From the IMG/VR virus record IMGVR_UViG_3300025133_000042, positions 32,001 to 96,000 of that record: a DNA stretch of 64,000 nucleotides; one strand, 5' to 3'. Position 1 is the first letter of the stretch; each line of letters opens with the position of its first letter. This DNA is from a virus. The translations under genes and the position numbers were made by a program. Below, one piece after another: positions 26,301 through 35,281 of the stretch. The notes below the pieces were generated by a model. The model saw nothing but the letters and a program-made list of their open reading frames with translations, was not told the DNA's origin and did no database searches.

Positions 26301-27660
26301 TTTTTCTTTCCTTCTTGAATTGTTTGTAGTGTTCTGTTAGGCTTTTTGCTAACTGCCGTGGTGAGCTACTCTGGTTTATAACAGAAGGATCAATAGGTTC
26401 CAATACTTGGAGTGTAACATTGCTTGTGTCGATATGCATAGGGAACACTAGGCCGTCGGGGCCGTTGCGATTTTTTGCAACAAACATTCTTGCAGTATTC
26501 GCATTTTTGTCCCTGATTGTCCTTGAAATAGAACAAATAAAGTCCGCTACAAAACACTTGTTAAACGCCTCCGAAATAGATTCCATAGTTACAACTTCTG
26601 CGTTCAATCCAGTCCTGTTTGTTTGGGATGCCGTCCACAGCGGGCACTTGTTTTCTTGCGCAATTGCCCTAAGGTCTTCATAAATAGACTCTAGTTCATT
26701 CCTTTTCTCCTTGAAGTTTGTGCAGCTTCGGAGCAAATCAGCGTAATCTACTATAATCATGTCGATTTTTTGATTTTGTTTTTTTAATTTTTCTATATGA
26801 GATCTGATAGTATTGGGCGAGGCCGTTTTGGTCGGATACTCTTTAATAATCAATCGACCTGGAATATCAGCAATGGCCTCCATGACCTCGTCCTTTCTAT
26901 TAAAAAGAGTCGACAGAGGAATTCCGGATATGCAACTATCATATCTCTGACCAGTAATTTCTTCGGAAAGCTCTAATGTGTAGTGCACTACATTTTTTCC
27001 AGTCTTAACGGCTTGGACGCCGAGGTGCGCTAGCGCCATAGATTTGCCGGCGCCCGTTGGTGCAATAACAACTCCCAGCTCGCCGGTCCCTAAGCCGCTC
27101 TTTGTCAATTTATCAATTCTGCTCCATCCAGTGGTAATCGGATTTCGTATTTTAATTTCATATCGGCGCTCAAAGTCTTTAATAAAGTCATGACCAAAGT
27201 CATTGTCCATGCCAAGCTTAAGTGCGTTGTCAATCACATTCTTGACTTCATCATAAGATGAATTTTGAACCAGATCAACAGATTGTACCAAGGCCTCTTT
27301 CAGCTTTTGCCTCTTGCAGAAATCAAGAGAAGTAGATTTAATATACTTCTCGTCTGGAATACTGTTCTTTATCAACAGTCGGGCAAAATAATCTCGAACC
27401 TGCTTTTGGGTCGATTCATTCTCGTTATCCATCTCGGTGCGCAAAATCGTTGCCAATGTCTGCTTCGTTGGATGGACGCCATATTCATTACGATAATCAA
27501 ACAGCTTCTTGATAAACACCCTCAGGTATTTAAGCTCGAAAAAGTTAATATCTACAATTTCTTCCATTTGATCCGCGAATGGACGATCTTCAATTATTAG
27601 ATGAAGAAGGTCCTCTTGGAATCTCTTTCCATATTTTGAAAAGTCCGCTTCTAGTTTCAT
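26287..27660 (-). CDS. Replicative SF4 helicase (T4 gp41/DnaB-like)
   Basis: APTGAGKS, YTLE, IVDYADL, TASQTNR, KNRNG. Confidence 0.93.
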   Translation of the reverse strand: MKLEADFSKYGKRFQEDLLHLIIEDRPFADQMEEIVDINFFELKYLRVFIKKLFDYRNEYGVHPTKQTLATILRTEMDNENESTQKQVRDYFARLLIKNSIPDEKYIKSTSLDFCKRQKLKEALVQSVDLVQNSSYDEVKNVIDNALKLGMDNDFGHDFIKDFERRYEIKIRNPITTGWSRIDKLTKSGLGTGELGVVIAPTGAGKSMALAHLGVQAVKTGKNVVHYTLELSEEITGQRYDSCISGIPLSTLFNRKDEVMEAIADIPGRLIIKEYPTKTASPNTIRSHIEKLKKQNQKIDMIIVDYADLLRSCTNFKEKRNELESIYEDLRAIAQENKCPLWTASQTNRTGLNAEVVTMESISEAFNKCFVADFICSISRTIRDKNANTARMFVAKNRNGPDGLVFPMHIDTSNVTLQVLEPIDPSVINQSSSPRQLAKSLTEHYKQFKKERKNGPS

Positions 27661-27676
27661 TTCCTACCTCTTAAAC

Positions 27677-27704
27677 AGAATAGCTACATTTTATTAGTTG
27701 TCTA
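27677..27704 (-). promoter_or_regulatory. Sigma70-like promoter of the helicase operon
   Basis: TAGACA-N16-TATTCT. Confidence 0.5.
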
Positions 27705-28659
27705 GACACATCTTGTTGAAGTGTGCAAATAGATCAATAAAGTTTGATTCGCCAAAGCTATCCTTGGCCATCATCGTGATAAGCTTGGTTTTTGAGTACT
27801 CAAAAGAAAACCCCTTAACAACCTCCCGAATGTGCTTTTTGGCGCCAATGGTCAACAAAGGGGCGTACAGCTGCATCATTTGGTAGTTTCTATCCAGAAT
27901 GTGCTGCTTATCCAGCACAGTCTGGTAGATTTTCACATTAGATTTTCTAGATGTTTCCTCAGCGAAATCCAACACATCGCTAAGTGTTGCTGACTTGTCT
28001 TCACAAAGAAAAGGAAATCGCTTAGCCACGGTCTTCAGTCCAGCGCCTCCGATACCCTCAAGATTGTCCGATTTGTCGCCGGCCATTGCACGGGCCATGG
28101 CAAAATTGCAAGGGTGAATGTCGAACTTTTCAACAATTTTGTTTTTATTAAGAATTTCTTTCTGGATTGGCCGGTAAAGCACAGTCTTGTCATCCAAGAG
28201 TTGAAAGAAATCTTTATCGCTCGATACAATAATTTTCTGATGATCTGAAAGCTCCGGCATTTGGCAGAGATGCGCAATGATATCGTCAGCTTCAGTTGAC
28301 TTAAATTTAAATTGCACTATTGGCATCTCATTATAAAATTCAATAATCCTAGTTTGCTGCCAGAGCTTGTTCTCAAACTCTTCTTGCTCAGAAAGATTTC
28401 TAATTGCTCGATTCAAGCGGATTGCTTTACGGCCGGCTTTGTAGTCTTTCTTGATAGATTTTCTTTTCGCGGAGCCGCCTTCGCCATCCCAACAGATGTA
28501 AATTTCATCTGGCTTCGTCTCTCGAACTAGCTTTTGAAGCGACTGTATGCACCCCTTTAGGCCGCCGATGGGGTTGCCATTAGTTGAAATGCTGGGGTTA
28601 ACAATATAGTTGCGAAAAAAAAGATTTAGCTGATCAATTATCAGCACTCTTTGTGTCAT
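27694..28659 (-). CDS. 5'-3' exonuclease / flap endonuclease (T4 RNase H-like)
   Basis: IID, WDG, YKAGR, EADD, SSDKDF, GDKSDNLEGIGGAG. Confidence 0.93.
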   Translation of the reverse strand: MTQRVLIIDQLNLFFRNYIVNPSISTNGNPIGGLKGCIQSLQKLVRETKPDEIYICWDGEGGSAKRKSIKKDYKAGRKAIRLNRAIRNLSEQEEFENKLWQQTRIIEFYNEMPIVQFKFKSTEADDIIAHLCQMPELSDHQKIIVSSDKDFFQLLDDKTVLYRPIQKEILNKNKIVEKFDIHPCNFAMARAMAGDKSDNLEGIGGAGLKTVAKRFPFLCEDKSATLSDVLDFAEETSRKSNVKIYQTVLDKQHILDRNYQMMQLYAPLLTIGAKKHIREVVKGFSFEYSKTKLITMMAKDSFGESNFIDLFAHFNKMCLDN

Positions 28660-28999
28660 TGAGGTCCTCTCTGTAAATTCTACTTTTAAACTGTTTTGCA
28701 CGGGTGACCAGGAACGAATATACGCCATCAATTTTTAGCGCTTCGGCTGACATCCTGCTGATGTGCCTTTTTAATGTAGGCTCCAAGATAAAAAATTTAA
28801 CCTTTAAAATAGTTCTTTCTACTGTTTCAGAAACAGGCTTCGCTGGTTCAACAACCGTCGTTGTTGTGATACCGCAAACGCCTCTTAGATTGTCAGTCAG
28901 AACTGTTAAATTCTTAGATCGATCGGACCTTAAAACGACAGTAGCTACATAGAGTTGGTCTCTAAAGACTTCTAATATGAGATCTTTCAAATTCTGCAT
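28634..28999 (-). CDS. Hypothetical late protein
   Basis: Late motif upstream; leader MQNLKDLILE. Confidence 0.7.
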   Translation of the reverse strand: MQNLKDLILEVFRDQLYVATVVLRSDRSKNLTVLTDNLRGVCGITTTTVVEPAKPVSETVERTILKVKFFILEPTLKRHISRMSAEALKIDGVYSFLVTRAKQFKSRIYREDLNDTKSADN

Positions 29000-29026
29000 T
29001 TTTTTCCCTCGCATATTAATTAGTCT

Positions 29027-29488
29027 TTAAAGTTTGTACATCTCTATTCCACCGTAATTTGTAGTATAAAAAACTCGTTTAATCCCCGCAGACTTCATAA
29101 TTGAATGGCACATCTTACATGGCTTGCTCATTCTGAACTCGCCTTGGTTATTGATCCGGCAAACAAAAATATCTGCGCCGGCGGTTTGTTCCTTCGACAA
29201 TCCAGAAACGCATTCAGTCTCCGCGTGTCTTGTTGCAGGGCCGCAGCCTTGCGGTCGAAAGCGATCAGCGAAAGAAGTAAAATCATCTTTGTTGTAAGCC
29301 GATCTAATAACTGAGCCGCCTTTGACTAAAACTGCGCCATGGCGGAGCTTTCCGTAATCGCTATTCGCCGCTTGGGCTCGTGCCGCTTCAAAATATCTGT
29401 TAATTCTACCAGACATCCGAACAGCGGTGCCGGCAATAGAGGTGCGATTTGTATTTTCCGTTGCCACTTTAAAAATATCGTCGCGCAA
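29027..29488 (-). CDS. Cytidine/dCMP deaminase family
   Basis: HGAVL, HAE, SKPCKMC. Confidence 0.88.
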   Translation of the reverse strand: MRDDIFKVATENTNRTSIAGTAVRMSGRINRYFEAARAQAANSDYGKLRHGAVLVKGGSVIRSAYNKDDFTSFADRFRPQGCGPATRHAETECVSGLSKEQTAGADIFVCRINNQGEFRMSKPCKMCHSIMKSAGIKRVFYTTNYGGIEMYKL

Positions 29489-29780
29489 TCTTTCGGCGCT
29501 TCTTGGGCCGGGTGGGAACTGGAGGGCCGGCCCTAAGGCGCGTCATGGCGTTGTGGAGGCGAATACGAGTAAGCGAATTCATATCACTGTGGCGCTGGGC
29601 GCTTTCAAGCGATAAGTTAGAGGCATTCGAATTCGCAGAATAGTGTGGGACGCCTAGGGAATAAGAAGAACGATAAGAAGGCAGATCATGGCCCGGGCCA
29701 ACGTTGATGGTAATCGGCGTACATGCTGTAGCTGCGGTAGCCATCGCTATGGCCAGAATGATTCCCCTATAATACTTCAT
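29469..29780 (-). CDS. Putative lipoprotein
   Basis: Signal peptide ending ATA-C. Confidence 0.6.
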   Translation of the reverse strand: MKYYRGIILAIAMATAATACTPITINVGPGHDLPSYRSSYSLGVPHYSANSNASNLSLESAQRHSDMNSLTRIRLHNAMTRLRAGPPVPTRPKKRRKIARRYF

Positions 29781-29783
29781 TTA

Positions 29784-30893
29784 TTATTCCTCTTTATCAA
29801 TATCATAAAAGCTAGATGCATCTGCCTCTCTCTTTTCAAACTTTAATATAACCTCGTCGTCCATCAAAGTCAATACGCGGGTCCTAAATTTCTCACTTTT
29901 TAGCTTTTCCATCCATCTAGAAGCTTGAAATTTCTCAGAAGTTCCATCTTCATAGATCAGGTTGTACCATGCGCCTTTCTGTTCGACGCTTTTAGAGCCT
30001 TTAATCGCCTCGAACCAGCTTTCTTCATCTTGAATGCCGATTCTGCTCCCCCACATAATCTTGAAAGTGCATTGGCGGCCTTCGGTGCCAAAGCGACTCT
30101 TTTTAAGTGTCACTTTTACTTCCGAACCCACCCTAAAGCCATTCTCATCCAACAAAAAGCTGGCCTTGGCTTTACGCTTGGTCAGCCAAATGCGCAGAGA
30201 ATAAGCATAATGCATTGCTTTCCCGCCCGGGGTTACGTAGGGCTCGACCATAGCCTCCGAAGGACTTCTTGTGATATTCGTCTTAAGCTGATTAAGCACG
30301 AGCAACGTTGATTTGCTATCGGCAATCGGAATCGCCAATTTGGACATTCCCTTTGCCAGAATACGAGCCTTGACTGCCATGGACGACTGTGGATTAAAAT
30401 CTCCCTCGACGTCGCTAATGGCAGGCGTTAAGGCAAGGCTATCCCAAATAAATAGCATTCTGTTGTCATTTGACCCTAGAAGCTCTTCGACGGTCTCCAG
30501 AACAAACTCCACACTTTGCGCCTGCACGTACAACAAATTATCTAAGTCGCAGCCCGCGTTACTCAAAAAAGTGGGATCGATGGCGGACTCAGAATCAAAA
30601 TAAATGACATCAATACCCATCTTTTGGGCGTTTGCAGCAACTTGTGCTGCCATATAAGACTTTCCAGACCCTTCGAGGCCTGCAATTTCAACAATTTTGC
30701 CGAGTGGGACGCCTGCGAGGCGGCCCCTGCAAATCATTGAATCGAGCCAACGAGATCCAGTACCAATCCAATCGGTTACTTCTGTTGGATTTTCTTCTTT
30801 CAAATCGTAGGCAACATGCATGCCTGCTTTCTTGTTGATGAGAGTCCTCATCTCATCTAAATTCAACTTACCAAGTTTCTTTCTCTTCGCCAT
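29784..30893 (-). CDS. recA: RecA/UvsX recombinase
   Basis: GLEGSGKS, DSESA, WDSL, NQ, TPGGKA, KSRF. Confidence 0.93.
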   Translation of the reverse strand: MAKRKKLGKLNLDEMRTLINKKAGMHVAYDLKEENPTEVTDWIGTGSRWLDSMICRGRLAGVPLGKIVEIAGLEGSGKSYMAAQVAANAQKMGIDVIYFDSESAIDPTFLSNAGCDLDNLLYVQAQSVEFVLETVEELLGSNDNRMLFIWDSLALTPAISDVEGDFNPQSSMAVKARILAKGMSKLAIPIADSKSTLLVLNQLKTNITRSPSEAMVEPYVTPGGKAMHYAYSLRIWLTKRKAKASFLLDENGFRVGSEVKVTLKKSRFGTEGRQCTFKIMWGSRIGIQDEESWFEAIKGSKSVEQKGAWYNLIYEDGTSEKFQASRWMEKLKSEKFRTRVLTLMDDEVILKFEKREADASSFYDIDKEE

Positions 30894-31161
30894 TGGAGCC
30901 TCTTATTTCCGGTATTTCCATTGTCTGATCAGGGTCTTGGACCGGGAGATCAAACGGTGTATAATTAATATAATCACGTTTTAGCTGGTCGGCAAGAGAA
31001 ATCAGCAAGGGCTCTACTCGATCCACCTTGGTGACTATTTCCTCGTGCTGTGCGTGGTGTCGCTGGCGTGAGCTGAACATCTTACTTTCCAAAATAGCCC
31101 CAGTTCCCAGGCCAAGACAAAATAAACTTATTCCGAACCCAGTATATAATAAAGCTTCCAT
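30868..31161 (-). CDS. Single-TM hypothetical late protein
   Basis: Hydrophobic N-terminus; ACTAGTTA upstream. Confidence 0.65.
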   Translation of the reverse strand: MEALLYTGFGISLFCLGLGTGAILESKMFSSRQRHHAQHEEIVTKVDRVEPLLISLADQLKRDYINYTPFDLPVQDPDQTMEIPEIRGSNGEEKETW

Positions 31162-31195
31162 AGCTATTACTAACTAGTGCTAAGTATTTGAAAAT

Positions 31196-31238
31196 AAGGC
31201 CTCTGTAAACCCAGGCCTTCCTGTGGGATATAGCTACT
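31196..31238 (-). repeat. Intergenic structured repeat, copy 1
   Basis: 42 of 43 nt identical to 31684-31726; stem AAGGCCT/AGGCCTT. Confidence 0.9.
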
Positions 31239-31659
31239 CTAGCTCGACCAGCTCGACTTCGAAGTTAAGATGTTTCCCCGCAAGGGGATGATTGTGATCT
31301 AACACAACTGTATCTTCCTCTACAGAAGCAATCGTCGCGGCCATCGGAGCACCGGTGTCGGTGGCGCCATAGACCGTCTCGCCGACATTGAAATCGAAAT
31401 CACCAGGAAACATGTTCTTTGAAGTTGGCACTAAAGCGCTAGGGTTCACGGGGCCATAGGCTTCTTCAAGCCTAAACGTCTTTTTCTCGCCTACCGACAT
31501 TCCAACCACTGCAGACTCAAAATCTGGCAAGAGCATGCTCGAACCAATCTCGAAATCAAGAGTCTCGTCGCGATAATGCGAATTGTCGAACTCCGTTCCA
31601 TCATCTAGGGTGCCTCGGTAGTGTACCTTGACTTTCTGTCCATTTTTTGCTTTAAGCAT
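31234..31659 (-). CDS. FKBP-type peptidyl-prolyl isomerase (SlyD/SlpA-like)
   Basis: VHYRGTLDDGTEFDNS, AYG, DHNHPLAGKHLNFEV. Confidence 0.95.
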   Translation of the reverse strand: MLKAKNGQKVKVHYRGTLDDGTEFDNSHYRDETLDFEIGSSMLLPDFESAVVGMSVGEKKTFRLEEAYGPVNPSALVPTSKNMFPGDFDFNVGETVYGATDTGAPMAATIASVEEDTVVLDHNHPLAGKHLNFEVELVELE

Positions 31660-31683
31660 AATATAATCCTTATTTTTAAGTTC

Positions 31684-31726
31684 AAGGCCTCTGTAAACCC
31701 AGGCCTTCCTGCGGGATATAGCTACT
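31684..31726 (-). repeat. Intergenic structured repeat, copy 2
   Basis: Near-identical to 31196-31238. Confidence 0.9.
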
Positions 31727-32663
31727 TGCCTAGAATATCTTCTAGTTCGTCAATATAAGACTTGAAAATTTTATTAAAAGCCCTCTTGGAGATTTGGTGG
31801 TCCTTGCACGTGCTCTGAAAATGCTTCAAAAATCCAACGGCAATAGACTCTGCGGCCCTGTTGGTCACATTGCCACCCTCTCTCTTATAATGTGTGGTAA
31901 AACTCCTTGCGTTCTTATGGTAGTTGACCGCACCATCAAAATAGGAAATAAAAGCCTCTTTCGCATTGGAGCGGCTATGCAGATCGGTGTTTTTGTAGAT
32001 CAAAGCCATGGCGTGTAAAAGCTCTGCTTGACAGCTAGACTGCTCGGGCCATGTGCTTGTGTACAGCTTAGCCGCACGTTCCAGCGCTTGCAAATTGGTT
32101 GCAGCCAGCGCTTTTCGAAAAGCCTGAATCTTGACTCGCGTTTCAATCGTAGAGCCTGTGCAGCCAACAGAACTGCCTTTTTCCCCAGTTCCCATGCTAA
32201 CAGTAAGTCCACACTTTTCTAGGCACTTTGCTGTTTTTCGTGCCTCGTCGTGGTTGGCGTGATATTGATGGACAAAAAGCTCTTCGCTGGTAAGACATAT
32301 CTTGCCGGTCTTATTACGGTGAATAAACAACTCACTAATCTCCCTCTTGTCTTTCACCAGACAAACAACAGCTTGCATGGTCTTGTCCTCTGGAAACGCC
32401 AGGTTCCAAAGTGCTCGACTGTGATCACCATCAAATAACAGCATCTCGCCGTCGGGGAGCCTCGCCACATGAGGGGGGTCCCACAAGCGCATATCAAATC
32501 CTAGCAGTCCGCCAACATACTGATTGAGTGCTTTTGTGGTTGTCTTTCTATTGAGATATGAATCGATATCAACAGAAACCTGCTCAATCGTTGGCTTCTT
32601 ACTATAAGTGATCTTAAAATTATTCTGCAACGTAACTTCGTTGCCGTATATTGTTTTAGACAT
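31722..32663 (-). CDS. ParB/Srx-like (DGQH-type) domain protein
   Basis: PPHVA...LLFDGDHS...ELFIHRN. Confidence 0.55.
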   Translation of the reverse strand: MSKTIYGNEVTLQNNFKITYSKKPTIEQVSVDIDSYLNRKTTTKALNQYVGGLLGFDMRLWDPPHVARLPDGEMLLFDGDHSRALWNLAFPEDKTMQAVVCLVKDKREISELFIHRNKTGKICLTSEELFVHQYHANHDEARKTAKCLEKCGLTVSMGTGEKGSSVGCTGSTIETRVKIQAFRKALAATNLQALERAAKLYTSTWPEQSSCQAELLHAMALIYKNTDLHSRSNAKEAFISYFDGAVNYHKNARSFTTHYKREGGNVTNRAAESIAVGFLKHFQSTCKDHQISKRAFNKIFKSYIDELEDILGK

Positions 32664-32690
32664 TATTTCTCCTTTTGTAAATTAATGAAT

Positions 32691-32723
32691 AAGGCACCTC
32701 TTAGCCCGTGCCTTCCTGCGGCT
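32691..32723 (-). repeat. Intergenic structured repeat, divergent copy 3
   Basis: CCGCAGG-AAGGCAC-GGGCTAAGAG-GTGCCTT with compensatory stem changes. Confidence 0.8.
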
Positions 32724-32735
32724 CATACAGAGAAC

Positions 32736-33197
32736 TTAGTTCTCAATATTCAAAACGCCTAGGTCGGTGCGAACTGACGTTGACCAGCCATTAAAGACGT
32801 ACTCTGGGGTTGATAATACATCTCCAACAGTTGTTTTTACGCTAGCTTCTAGATTGAAGAAGCCACGCTTATAATCGTAACGCTCCGTAGAGCGTTCAAT
32901 AAAGCCCATATCCCAAAAGTTCTCAGCGATCACATCACTAACAAATTCTTGAAATCCAGAATAATCACGAGGATATTCTTCTAAATAGTCGCCATCGCGA
33001 AGGTCCTGAATCACACTGTTAAGGAACCCAGTCGTAGCTACTAGGCCTGCCACAGTGTCGGCGAAGCCTGTATCGCGCAAAACTTCTTCTTCATAGCCAT
33101 CCCAAGCATGAACGACATCGCCGCCGGTGGTATAAGTCAGAGTGATATTCTTGTCGTTGCTTAGGCCTGCGGCCTTTAGTTTCTGATGAAAACTCAT
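32736..33197 (-). CDS. Hypothetical protein
   Basis: ORF downstream of ssb. Confidence 0.75.
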   Translation of the reverse strand: MSFHQKLKAAGLSNDKNITLTYTTGGDVVHAWDGYEEEVLRDTGFADTVAGLVATTGFLNSVIQDLRDGDYLEEYPRDYSGFQEFVSDVIAENFWDMGFIERSTERYDYKRGFFNLEASVKTTVGDVLSTPEYVFNGWSTSVRTDLGVLNIEN

Positions 33198-33207
33198 TTT
33201 TTGTCCC

Positions 33208-33960
33208 CTAAGAACCAAGAAGCTCGTTAAAAGCAGCGTCAACTTCGGTTACCTGCGTGGATTTATTGTATCGACTTGACTCGCTTGAAACCTCCTCTGC
33301 GTCCTCTTCGTTTAAGAGGAATTCATCAAGCATTCCTTGAACCTCCTGCGGCGTCTTGCGAGAATTCTCAAAAACCACATTAAAATCAGGCACTTGGTCC
33401 AACATCGAGGAGATGGTATCTTCATCGCCGGCGAGTGGGGATGATTTACGACGGGGCGTGATAGTTGTCTGCGGGAACTGTGCGCCGGGAGGCTTTCCGT
33501 AGGTAAGAACAAGGTCAGTGCCCTCGTTAACATCAGTAATGTCTCCATACTCAGGATTCAATACCAAGTTGAGCAGCTCCTTGTAAGCCATCTTGCCAAA
33601 TCCCCAAAGGCGTACGCCTTGGTCTTCCTCACCGCGGACGAGAACGGGAGCGAAAAAGCGCTGACGGGCGCTCAAATTCTTTGCCATCTTGACGGCGTCA
33701 TCTGACCCGTCGCGATAGAGTTGACGAACAAAATCATCCAAAGGATCTTCCTCTCCAAAGTTCTTCTTCGGGCTTAAAAAGCTTGCGTTCTTGCCCAAGT
33801 TGTAATGGAACCAGTACTCCTTAAACGGGTCGCCGTCAGAAGTGGGAACAATGCGAATTGTCTGCTCTCCGTCCTCTGGGCGCCAAAAAGCACTCTTTCC
33901 GTTGCCGCGATTTTCCAAGGCCTCGCGCTTTGCCTTCATCTTCTCTAAATCAATACCCAT
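33208..33960 (-). CDS. Single-stranded DNA-binding protein (T4 gp32-like)
   Basis: FWRP, IRIVP, HY, LWGFGK, DITD..EG.D, acidic tail DAAFNELLG. Confidence 0.88.
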   Translation of the reverse strand: MGIDLEKMKAKREALENRGNGKSAFWRPEDGEQTIRIVPTSDGDPFKEYWFHYNLGKNASFLSPKKNFGEEDPLDDFVRQLYRDGSDDAVKMAKNLSARQRFFAPVLVRGEEDQGVRLWGFGKMAYKELLNLVLNPEYGDITDVNEGTDLVLTYGKPPGAQFPQTTITPRRKSSPLAGDEDTISSMLDQVPDFNVVFENSRKTPQEVQGMLDEFLLNEEDAEEVSSESSRYNKSTQVTEVDAAFNELLGS

Positions 33961-34043
33961 AGTCTTTCTCCTTTTGCTTTAAGCTATAGTACGGTCAGCG
34001 AATATTCTGACCGGCTTTGTTATATGATAGCTACCATTTTTTA

Positions 34044-34883
34044 CTATGAAAATAAATTTTCATTTTGTATGATAGTCGCCGAATGGGTCGTAAAAACATA
34101 ATCATTTTCATACTTTGTAGCATAAATGCTGTATGACGCTCTGACGTTTTCATTAGAAGTAGATTTAATTTTTTGATTTATTTTCTTAAGCAGGCCAGGC
34201 GTCTCTGCGATCTTAGATTCGCTAAGGGCGAATATGTACTCCTTCTCGCGCACGTAATTTAATTTATAAAACAAGCTTTCATCATTTGTGTCAAAATTCA
34301 TCTGCCCTATTGTTTTGATTTTAGCTGTAAGAGGCGGTTCCGACGAGATGGACATCACGGGAGCAGAGTGACTGAAAATATTCATCATGTGGATGGTGTT
34401 CACTATGGCTTGATTTATCGAGTTCCAATATTCACTGAGAGTTGTGTCTCCCACTATTCCTTCCATCTCTAAGTTTGAGATGAGAATAATCTGCTCCAAC
34501 AAGCCCGATCTTGTATATTCTTGAAGTATGTTTCTAACCGCGAACTCTCTCTTTTTCGCATCTGGCGAAAGCATTTCGACATCAGGCTGGATATAAGCGA
34601 CAGAAAGGCTATTGCCTTTTAGGCCCTCAAGCAACCTCAGTGCAGCGCCAGTTATGTTTCCTGAGCCTGCGAGGACGAGACACACAGCACCAAGCTTGTC
34701 GCCAAACTTAATGCGACGAAATCTTTTCTCATAGTCTTCCATGCTGACTTGCTCTTTAATCTTTTTAAAGCTTTTATAGCCCTTGTTGGCTGTGTCGACA
34801 CAAAAAGTATTATATTGTGGGTGCTGAGCAAAAAGATTGGCGATCTTGCAGCCGGCCTCGCCGAGACCGATAATTGTTTCCAT
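34044..34883 (-). CDS. Divergent tubulin/FtsZ-like protein
   Basis: IIGLGEAGCKIA, VDT, LAGSGNITGA, YIQP, ILISN, N..I. Confidence 0.75.
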   Translation of the reverse strand: METIIGLGEAGCKIANLFAQHPQYNTFCVDTANKGYKSFKKIKEQVSMEDYEKRFRRIKFGDKLGAVCLVLAGSGNITGAALRLLEGLKGNSLSVAYIQPDVEMLSPDAKKREFAVRNILQEYTRSGLLEQIILISNLEMEGIVGDTTLSEYWNSINQAIVNTIHMMNIFSHSAPVMSISSEPPLTAKIKTIGQMNFDTNDESLFYKLNYVREKEYIFALSESKIAETPGLLKKINQKIKSTSNENVRASYSIYATKYENDYVFTTHSATIIQNENLFS

Positions 34884-34912
34884 TATAAACCTATTCGCTT
34901 TGCGCTGGCAGA

Positions 34913-35260
34913 TCAGGCTTGGGCTGTTTTGGCGGCCATCTTGGCACGGCGTTTGGCCGTCGCGGCTTGCTCGCCGCCAAGACGAGATACGTCGGATTTA
35001 ATATTAATTCCTAGATAATCAGCAATAAGAGTTAAATACTGTCTTTTCTCTACGTCGCTAGCGCGTTCTTTAAATATGTCCATATGCGTCTGAGCGCGAC
35101 TCATCATCTTCTCGAACGCTGTCGTTACCGCGGTTTTTGAGGCGTCGCGGCCTGAAACTGCAGTCGGTGGAGCGCCTAGGCGATCGGCGGGCTCGGCCTC
35201 TAACAAGCCAGAGATTTCTTCTTTGATAATCTGTTTAAGTCGTTTTTTTGTCATGCTCAT
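34913..35260 (-). CDS. Late protein with KRLKQIIKEE...LLE leader
   Basis: Leader motif plus CCTATTTA upstream. Confidence 0.7.
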   Translation of the reverse strand: MSMTKKRLKQIIKEEISGLLEAEPADRLGAPPTAVSGRDASKTAVTTAFEKMMSRAQTHMDIFKERASDVEKRQYLTLIADYLGINIKSDVSRLGGEQAATAKRRAKMAAKTAQA

Positions 35261-35281
35261 GTTAAATTTCTCCCAGTAGCA

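Noticed and set aside
18053-30893. Inteins or group I introns in dnaE, nrdJ, helicase or recA
   Set aside because: Lengths are normal, frames are uninterrupted and no splicing or LAGLIDADG motifs are visible
10561-31659. Bacterial chromosome or prophage-flank origin of groEL, clpP, guaB, dnaE, recA
   Set aside because: Genes are divergent, interleaved with phage-type genes, co-oriented and share phage promoter motifs; no integrase or host synteny
31196-32723. CRISPR array interpretation of the intergenic repeats
   Set aside because: Copies are separated by whole genes (about 450 and 960 bp), and no cas genes are present
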